From Acidobacteriota bacterium (lineage in GTDB: Bacteria > Acidobacteriota > Vicinamibacteria > Vicinamibacterales > UBA2999), in contig JACPTI010000091.1 in the NCBI GenBank assembly GCA_016192845.1, positions 11,444 to 75,443 of the forward strand: DNA of 64,000 bases, in the 5' to 3' direction. Under the pieces are notes generated by a model, which searched no databases, was not told the origin of the DNA, and saw only the letters and a list, made by a program, of their open reading frames with translations. Position numbers and translations under genes: made by a program. This document shows positions 52,434-60,331 of the stretch, piece by piece (position 1 is the stretch's first letter; each line of letters begins with the position of its first letter).

Positions 52434-54662
52434 ATGATCAGGTCCCACTGCCGCCGCCTCCTGTGTGCCTGTGCCGCACTCGCTGCCCCTGCACTCGCGC
52501 TCGCGCAGAACCCCGCGCCGGCGCCTCGCACCATTCAGGCGCTGCGTCTCGGCGAAGACGATGTCATCCGGCTGGACGGCGTGCCGGATGAGACGGTATG
52601 GGAACGCGCGCAGCCCGCCACCGGGTTCTTGCAGCGCGATCCGAACAATGGCGAGCCCGCCACTGAGCGCACGGAGGTGCGCCTCGCCTTCGACGTGGAC
52701 CGGCTCGTCCTCAGCATCATCTGCTACGACGGCGAGCCCAATCGCGTGCTCGGCAATCAGATGCAGCGTGATCGCTCGTTCGAGGCCGACGATCGCTTCA
52801 TGTGGACGATCGATACGTTCCTGGACGGGCGAACCGGCTACTACTTCGAAATCAATCCCGCCGGCGCGATGGGCGACGGGCTGGTCGACCCGGCGGCGAA
52901 CCAGGGATGGACCAATGACCTCGGCGCCGGCATCAACCGGTCGTGGGACGGGATCTGGCTTGCGCGCGTGCGGCGGACGATGACCGGGTGGACGGCAGAA
53001 GTCGAGATCCCGTTCGGGACCGTCAACTTCGATCCAAACGCGGACGCGTGGGGGATCAACTTCCAGCGCACCATCCGGCGCAAGAACGAAGACGTGCTGT
53101 GGAGCGGACACGCGCGGAACCAGGGGCTCGCGCGCATGACCAACGCGGGACGCGTCGAGGGGCTCGGCGGGATCTCGCAAGGCCTCGGGCTCGACCTGAA
53201 GCCGTACGCCGTTGGTAACGTGTCGTCGGCGCCGGGGCGCGGACGCCCGGATTCGCTCTCGACAGGCGACATCGGCGTCGACGCGTTCTACAACCTGACG
53301 CCGGCGCTGCGGGCCAACCTCAGTGTGAACACCGATTTTGCAGAGACCGAGGTCGATCAGCGCCGCGTCAACCTGACGCGGTTCCCGCTGTTCTTCGAAG
53401 AGAAGCGCGACTTCTTCCTCGAAGGGTCGAGCTTCTTCGACTTCTCGCGCGAAACCGGCCGGGCGGTCATGCCGTTCTTCTCACGGCGCATCGGCCTCGA
53501 CGACCGCGGCAGGCCGCAGGGCATCGACGCGGGCGCGAAGCTGACGGGACAGGCCGGTGCGTTCGACATCGGCGTGCTGCAGGTCCGGACCTCGTCCGCC
53601 CACGCGATTGGCGAGGACTTCTCGGTGCTCCGGGTGCGGCGGCGTGCCTTCGAGCAGTCGTACGTCGGCGGCCTGTACACGCGCCGGTCGGCGCGCATCA
53701 GCGGCGACGTGGACCGCCATACCGCCGGCCTCGACTTCGAGCTGGCGACGTCGCGGTTCCGCGGCGACCAGAATCTCGAGCTGAGCGGGTTCTACGTCTG
53801 GACGAGCAGCCCCGAGCGCGCCGACGACACCGCGGCCTATGGCTTCCGCCTCGCGTATCCGAACGATCCGTTCTCGGCGGAACTCGCGGTGCGGGAAATA
53901 CAGCCCGGCTACGCCCCGGCGCTCGGTTTCGTCGAGCGACGCGGCTACAGGCGGATGGCGCCGAACGCAGAATACTCGTGGCGGCCGCGCGATCATCCCT
54001 GGCTGCGCTCGCTCGGCTGGGAGGTCGAGCTCGACTTCATCAACGACCCGCACAATCGCCCCCTCACCCGCGAGGTCTCGCTGTCACCGCTCGAGATCAA
54101 CTTCGAGGATGGAAGCTGGCTGGGGTTCCAGATCGCGCCGCAGTACGAGCGGCTCGAGGAGGACTTCGAAATCCACGACGACGTCGTGCTGCCCACCGGC
54201 GCGATCTATCGGTTCACGAGATACGACCTCCGTGGGTCGACGGCCGACCATCGGATGCTCAGCGTCGGCTCCAATATCTCCGTGGGCTCGTTCTTCTCCG
54301 GCGACCGCCGCGAGTACGGCGTGGAACTGGGCATCCGCCCGCGCCGCGGTGTGGCGCTGACGCTAGAGGCCGAGCACAACGTGCTGGAGCTCGCCGAGGG
54401 CCGTTTTGATACCGACGTCTTCCGCATGCGTGCGGACACGCAGTTCAGCCCGTGGGTCTCGCTGGCCAACAATCTTCAGTACGACTCGGTCAGCCGTCTG
54501 CTCGGCTGGCAGATGCGGTTCCGGTGGATCCGGCGGCCCGGCAACGACCTCTATCTCGTCTATACGCACAACTGGCGCGAGGTGCTGGAGACGGGGCTGC
54601 GCCGTCTGACGACGCTGGACAATCGCCTCGCGACGAAACTGGTGTATACGCTGCGGTTTTGA
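52434..54662 (+). CDS. DUF5916 / carbohydrate-binding-family-9-like outer-membrane-associated protein
   Basis: Signal-like MIRSHCRRLLCACAALAAPALALAQ. ..DGVPDETVWERAQPATGFLQRDPNNGEPATERTEVRLAFD.. ATG at 52434. Confidence 0.65.
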   Translation: MIRSHCRRLLCACAALAAPALALAQNPAPAPRTIQALRLGEDDVIRLDGVPDETVWERAQPATGFLQRDPNNGEPATERTEVRLAFDVDRLVLSIICYDGEPNRVLGNQMQRDRSFEADDRFMWTIDTFLDGRTGYYFEINPAGAMGDGLVDPAANQGWTNDLGAGINRSWDGIWLARVRRTMTGWTAEVEIPFGTVNFDPNADAWGINFQRTIRRKNEDVLWSGHARNQGLARMTNAGRVEGLGGISQGLGLDLKPYAVGNVSSAPGRGRPDSLSTGDIGVDAFYNLTPALRANLSVNTDFAETEVDQRRVNLTRFPLFFEEKRDFFLEGSSFFDFSRETGRAVMPFFSRRIGLDDRGRPQGIDAGAKLTGQAGAFDIGVLQVRTSSAHAIGEDFSVLRVRRRAFEQSYVGGLYTRRSARISGDVDRHTAGLDFELATSRFRGDQNLELSGFYVWTSSPERADDTAAYGFRLAYPNDPFSAELAVREIQPGYAPALGFVERRGYRRMAPNAEYSWRPRDHPWLRSLGWEVELDFINDPHNRPLTREVSLSPLEINFEDGSWLGFQIAPQYERLEEDFEIHDDVVLPTGAIYRFTRYDLRGSTADHRMLSVGSNISVGSFFSGDRREYGVELGIRPRRGVALTLEAEHNVLELAEGRFDTDVFRMRADTQFSPWVSLANNLQYDSVSRLLGWQMRFRWIRRPGNDLYLVYTHNWREVLETGLRRLTTLDNRLATKLVYTLRF

Positions 54663-54669
54663 GAGTTCT

Positions 54670-54718
54670 GGGGTCAGACCCCGGTGACGAGTCCTGCGGG
54701 GGTCAGACCCCGGTGACG
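54670..54718. repeat. Two direct copies of a 20-nt unit GGGGTCAGACCCCGGTGACG, each containing the palindrome GGGGTC-A-GACCCC
   Basis: Copies at 54670-54689 and 54699-54718, downstream of the DUF5916 stop. Confidence 0.9.
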
Positions 54719-54735
54719 GGGCGACTCAAGGTTGG

Positions 54736-54752
54736 GTTGATCCAATATCAAC
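54736..54752. promoter_or_regulatory. Inverted repeat GTTGAT-CCAAT-ATCAAC upstream of SahR-like copy 2 (candidate operator)
   Basis: 6-bp perfect arms in an AT-rich patch 35 nt upstream of the ATG at 54787. Confidence 0.3.
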
Positions 54753-54786
54753 TGCAGTGTAATATTCCATCCGGATAGACGGATAC

Positions 54787-55722
54787 ATGGTCGCGATTCT
54801 CGACCACATGTCGGCGCTGGCCGACCCGACGCGCTGCCGCATCCTGCTGCTGCTCGAACAGCATGAGCTGACGGTCTCAGAGCTCTGCGCCGTGTTGCGG
54901 CTGCCGCAGTCGAGCGTCAGCCGGCACCTGAAGACCCTGGCCGACGACGACTGGGTGGTCTCGCGCCGCGACGGTACGAGCCGCTTCTACAGCATGCCGC
55001 TCGACGATCTCGACTCCGGGGCGAGCCGGCTGTGGCCGCTCATCCGGGAGCAGGTGGCCGGCACGGCGACTGCCGGCCAGGACGAGCAGCGACTTCGCGG
55101 CGTGCTCGCGCGGCGGCGCGCGCGGTCGCAGGAATTTTTTGCGAACGCCGCAGCCGGATGGGACCGGCTCCGCGGCGACCTGTTTGGCGACACGTTTTAT
55201 CTGTGGGCGCTGCTGGGCCTCATCGATCCCTCGCTCACCGTGGGCGACCTGGGATGTGGAACGGGGCAACTCGCCGAGACGCTCGCGCCGCACGTCCACC
55301 GCGTGATTGCGGTCGATGCCTCGCCCGACATGCTGACGGCGGCGCGGACGCGGCTGGGCGGATTCCCGAACGTCGACGTCCGGCAGGGCGAGCTCGAGAC
55401 GCTGCCGCTCCAGGCGGGGGAGCTCGATGCGGCGCTGCTGTCGCTGGTGCTGCACTACTCGCCCGATCCGGCGCGCGCGCTGGCCGAAGTGGCGCGCGTC
55501 CTCCAGCCGGGCGGCCGCGTGCTCATCGTCGACATGCTGCCGCACGACCGCGAGGAGTACCACCAGCAGATGGGCCACGTGTGGCTTGGGTTTTCGGAGA
55601 AGCAGATCTCACGGTTCCTGACAGGAGCGGGGTTCGGCAACGTGCGCGTCCGCGCGCTGCCGGTCGATCCCGATGCGAAAGGGCCGGCGCTGTTTGCAGC
55701 AATCGCGACACGGCACCGGTGA
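54787..55722 (+). CDS. ArsR-type wHTH + SAM-methyltransferase-like domain regulator (SahR-like), copy 2
   Basis: ..ALADPTRCRILLLLEQHELTVSELCAVLRLPQSSVSRHLKTL.., then DLGCGTGQL...LQPGGRVLIVD. Confidence 0.75.
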   Translation: MVAILDHMSALADPTRCRILLLLEQHELTVSELCAVLRLPQSSVSRHLKTLADDDWVVSRRDGTSRFYSMPLDDLDSGASRLWPLIREQVAGTATAGQDEQRLRGVLARRRARSQEFFANAAAGWDRLRGDLFGDTFYLWALLGLIDPSLTVGDLGCGTGQLAETLAPHVHRVIAVDASPDMLTAARTRLGGFPNVDVRQGELETLPLQAGELDAALLSLVLHYSPDPARALAEVARVLQPGGRVLIVDMLPHDREEYHQQMGHVWLGFSEKQISRFLTGAGFGNVRVRALPVDPDAKGPALFAAIATRHR

Positions 55723-55724
55723 AA

Positions 55725-55801
55725 GCACAATGCGAAATGCCCAACGCACAATGCAAAAAGCCAAAAGCGTCATCATTGGCCTTGAGCATTGGGCATTGAA
55801 G
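55725..55801. repeat. Heptamer-periodic imperfect hairpin (GCNCAAT-type x7 / ATTGGGC-type x4) in the ahcY leader
   Basis: Units are in phase from 55725. The last unit ATTGAAG runs into the ahcY Shine-Dalgarno (GAAGGAG), 9 nt before the ATG at 55810. Confidence 0.8.
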
Positions 55802-55809
55802 GAGAAGAG

Positions 55810-57312
<1,503 letters not shown>

Positions 57313-57325
57313 ATGCGACATTTCA

Positions 57326-57581
57326 CCAGAGCTCGGTTGGGTGGCGCAGCAAATCCCGGTTCCGGTGGCCGGACCGCGCTGCGAGGGCGCCGTGGGCCGC
57401 GTGACGCTCGGGTCGCGCCGTACGCGTTCGCTCCGCGAACGCCGCTTCGTACGATTTGCCCCACCAGCTTCGATTCGAGCGGCGCTCAACCTCGGGGATC
57501 CCCTGAGCCTTCTCGCGCGGTCAGGCGATCCCTGTCGGCCACCTCCACAGGGTTTTGCTGCGCCACCCAACCGAGCTCTGG
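57326..57581. mobile_element. 256-bp MITE-like element bounded by perfect 28-bp terminal inverted repeats
   Basis: CCAGAGCTCGGTTGGGTGGCGCAGCAAA (57326-57353) has its exact reverse complement at 57554-57581. There is no coding capacity between the two repeats. Confidence 0.6.
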
Positions 57582-57651
57582 AATTAGATCGTTTGCCAGC
57601 GTAGATCATCGGTCCTTAGACTGCACGCACCCATGCGACAAAGGAGCGTGC

Positions 57652-57825
57652 ATGGTTCAGCGCCGACAGCGCGAGCGCAGTGTGTTCGAAGTGTTGTTGT
57701 CCGATGGTCACAAGCTGTGGCCGGATTGGTTGCGACGGATCGACACCTTGCTCGAGGACCAGGCGCGCATGAGCGCCAGCGCTGGTTATTTCTGCGCGGT
57801 CATTTCTTCACCAGAAAGTAGCTAG
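57652..57825 (+). pseudogene. Transposase N-terminal remnant (IS5/IS1182-like, InsH_N/DUF772-type N-terminus), truncated after about 37 aa
   Basis: AGGAG RBS. MVQRRQRERSVFEVLLSDGHKLWPDWLRRIDTLLEDQ resembles the ..(L/F)(W/F)E..LP....L...L..(I/V)D.LLDD.. N-terminus I associate with this transposase group. The remainder is unrelated and short. Confidence 0.35.
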
Positions 57826-58361
57826 GCCGCCTGTCAAGCAGATCGTTCAGGCGATTAACGCGGTGCCCCAGTCCCGCGGCGGGGCCCGGGTCGGAGATCG
57901 CGCCGGTGAGACGACGACCGGCGCCGCCAAGGCGGCACGCAGGGGGCATCGACCCGCGGGGCAAAGGGATGATGGGAATGGTCGAGCATCATCGTGCGAC
58001 AGCGGCGCCTCTGCTGCGGTGAGCTCGGCAGCTCCACGCCGATCGCCCGCGCGCCGGCTTCAGTCTCGCCGTCCGCGAGGTGTTGCGGCAGGCGTTGGCC
58101 CTGCGCGAAGCCGTACCTCGACGACGACGTTGTCCTGCTGTGAACGGTGCCCCGGCGCCCAGGTGAAAGCGGCGACAGCCCTCAGAGGAGATCAGTGTCG
58201 GGGCGGCCTCGTGAGAATCCCCGTGACGTCTGGCCTGTCTGGGGGACCGGTCGAATAACCCCGCCCCACGCTGGGAAAAATTTCGCATAAGACCGACGAG
58301 AATGAAAAAGACGACGGCTTCTGACCAGCTTTTGTGCGAACATCCCTGTGTCGAAGAGGAA

Positions 58362-59258
58362 ATGGTACCGAAGTCCTTTGAGTACTTTTCACCTGGCAGC
58401 CTCAGTGAAGTCCTATCGTTGCTTCGCAAGTATAAGGACGATGCCAGACTTCTCGCTGGCGGCCACAGCCTTATACCGTTAATGAAGTTGCGCTTAGTTT
58501 CACCAAAATATGTCATCGACCTCAGGAAAATACCGAATCTTTCGTACGTCAGGGAGAAAGGTGGAAAGCTCCTCATCGGGGCTATGACCACACATCGCCA
58601 AATAGCAACCTCACCGTTAATCCGGTCTAAATCCGAAATCCTGGCCGAGACTGCCGAGGTAATCGGAGACCCTCAGGTTAGAAACCTTGGCACCATTGGG
58701 GGTTCTATTGCTCATGCGGATCCGGCCGGAGATTACCTACCAACCCTGCTAGCCGCAGGCGGGCAATTGAAGGCTATCAGCGTTAGAGGTCAGAAGACGT
58801 TCAAGGCTGAAGATTTCTTTCACGACATGTTCACAACCGCTCTCAAGCAGGACGAAATCCTCACGGAGATTAGCGTTCCGATAGCACCAGCTCTAAGTGG
58901 AGGCACATACCTGAAGTTGGAGCGCAAATCAGGAGACTTCGCAGTTGTCGGGGTAGCCGTTCAGCTCACGTTAGACGAAAGTAACGTTTGTAATCGGGTC
59001 AAGATCGCTTTAGGAGCCGTTGGTCCCACGGTTATTCGAGCCTTCGAGGCGGAGAACGTGTTACGAGCCAATACTGTGGATGACGCCTTAATAAATGAAG
59101 CGGCTAAAAGGACTTCCGATGCCTCCGAACCGATTTCGGACCTGCGTGGGTCGGCCGAATACAAGAAGGAGATGGTACGGGTGTTTACTCAAAGAGCCTT
59201 GGTTAAAGCTCGCGATAGGGCCAGAAGCAATTTGCACAAAATCTCAGGAACACGGTAG
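58362..59258 (+). CDS. Molybdenum hydroxylase medium (FAD-binding) subunit, CoxM-like
   Basis: MVPKSFEYFSPGSLSEVLSLL....ARLLAGGHSLIPLMKLRL...GTIGGSIAHADPAGD. The ATG at 58362 follows GAAGAGGAA. Low G+C. Confidence 0.85.
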   Translation: MVPKSFEYFSPGSLSEVLSLLRKYKDDARLLAGGHSLIPLMKLRLVSPKYVIDLRKIPNLSYVREKGGKLLIGAMTTHRQIATSPLIRSKSEILAETAEVIGDPQVRNLGTIGGSIAHADPAGDYLPTLLAAGGQLKAISVRGQKTFKAEDFFHDMFTTALKQDEILTEISVPIAPALSGGTYLKLERKSGDFAVVGVAVQLTLDESNVCNRVKIALGAVGPTVIRAFEAENVLRANTVDDALINEAAKRTSDASEPISDLRGSAEYKKEMVRVFTQRALVKARDRARSNLHKISGTR

Positions 59259-59309
59259 TCGAATGGTGTTCTGGTAGTGTGCAAAGGCGCAACGTGGTGG
59301 TTATGGCTT

Positions 59310-59750
59310 ATGCGCTTTGAGGGGCAATCTGAAGTAAAAGCGCCTCGAGAAAGAGTGTGGGATTTCATTATAAACCCACACTTAATCTCCCAATGTTTCC
59401 CGGGGCTTCAGAAGCTGGAGATTGTTGACGCAAACAGATTTAACGCCACGGTGGAGGCGGGGGTATCCTTCATAAAGGGGACTTTTAAGGTGCAATCCAC
59501 TATGGCGGAGTCATCCCCACCTAGTCATGCAAGGATGGTTGCGCGAGGAAGCGGTGTTGCGAGTTCCGTGGATGTGGATACAACGATACATCTTGAGGAG
59601 CGCGGCGCCGCGGCTACTGTGATGATTTGGAAAGCGGACATTCTCCTAGGAGGCCTAATTGCCAGTGTGGGCTCCCGGCTTGTAGCTGCGGCGACTGATA
59701 AGGTAACGAAGGAGCTCTTTGAACGCATACGGCTACATGTGGAGAGATGA
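59310..59750 (+). CDS. SRPBCC/CoxG-like subunit
   Basis: MRFEGQSEVKAPRERVWDFIINPHLISQCFPG... is a typical CoxG N-terminus. Confidence 0.75.
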   Translation: MRFEGQSEVKAPRERVWDFIINPHLISQCFPGLQKLEIVDANRFNATVEAGVSFIKGTFKVQSTMAESSPPSHARMVARGSGVASSVDVDTTIHLEERGAAATVMIWKADILLGGLIASVGSRLVAAATDKVTKELFERIRLHVER

Positions 59751-59792
59751 TATGGGATTGTCAGATTGGTCACTTGCTGGATGTGAATTCGA

Positions 59793-60299
59793 ATGAAACG
59801 AAAACGACTGATCTCGCAGGATAAGCCTCACCTCTACCCGATTCGAGTGAAGGTGAACGGCCTCGCATTTGAAAGGGAGGCTGAGGCACGCATGCTCTTG
59901 GTCTATTTCCTTAGGGATATTCTGGGCCTCAAGGGAACCCATGTGGGGTGTGACACAACGAATTGCGGTGCGTGCACGGTCCTACTTAACGGTGTGAACG
60001 TCAAGTCTTGTACAATGTTTGCCGTTCAGGCAGATGGTGCTGAGATTCTAACAATCGAGGGGTGTGCCAAGAACGGCAGGTTGCATCCGATCCAAGAAGC
60101 ATTTTGGGACAATCATGGTTTACAATGTGGGTACTGCACTCCCGGTTTAGTCTTATCCGGTTACGCGCTTCTCAGAGACAATCCCGATCCTACCGAGGAG
60201 GAGATTCGGAAGGGAATCTCCGGACACCTGTGCATCTGCACGGGATACGTCAATATTATTAATTCCATTCGAGCTGCGGCAGCTAAGATGAAGCAGTAG
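59793..60299 (+). CDS. Molybdenum hydroxylase small ([2Fe-2S]x2) subunit, CoxS-like
   Basis: GCDTTNCGACTV...C and QCGYCTPG...HLCICTGY cysteine clusters. Confidence 0.9.
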   Translation: MKRKRLISQDKPHLYPIRVKVNGLAFEREAEARMLLVYFLRDILGLKGTHVGCDTTNCGACTVLLNGVNVKSCTMFAVQADGAEILTIEGCAKNGRLHPIQEAFWDNHGLQCGYCTPGLVLSGYALLRDNPDPTEEEIRKGISGHLCICTGYVNIINSIRAAAAKMKQ

Positions 60300-60331
60300 G
60301 TGGGGGCACACCTACGTGTGGTTGGTGCAGA

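Noticed and set aside
55723-55809. SAH riboswitch upstream of ahcY, and a cobalamin or SAM riboswitch upstream of metH (34705-34790).
   Set aside because: I saw none of the conserved cores I remember for these riboswitches. The ahcY leader is a 7-nt periodic repeat. metH is translationally coupled to the regulator gene, with no leader.
57313-57640. 8-bp direct repeat ATGCGACA (57313-57320 and 57633-57640) as a target-site duplication of the TIR element.
   Set aside because: The repeats are not adjacent to the 28-bp inverted repeats: they are 5 nt from one end and 51 nt from the other. They do not behave like a TSD and may be chance.
57826-58258. High-G+C segment between the transposase stub and the island, examined as the missing body of ppc or as a gene.
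   Set aside because: I translated the minus-strand frames that could continue ppc and looked over the plus strand. I found no PEPC motifs (no GRGG.(I/V)GRGG, no MVGYSDS) and no convincing ORF, only a weak ..AAGL.. coincidence. It is left unannotated as probable decayed or non-coding DNA.
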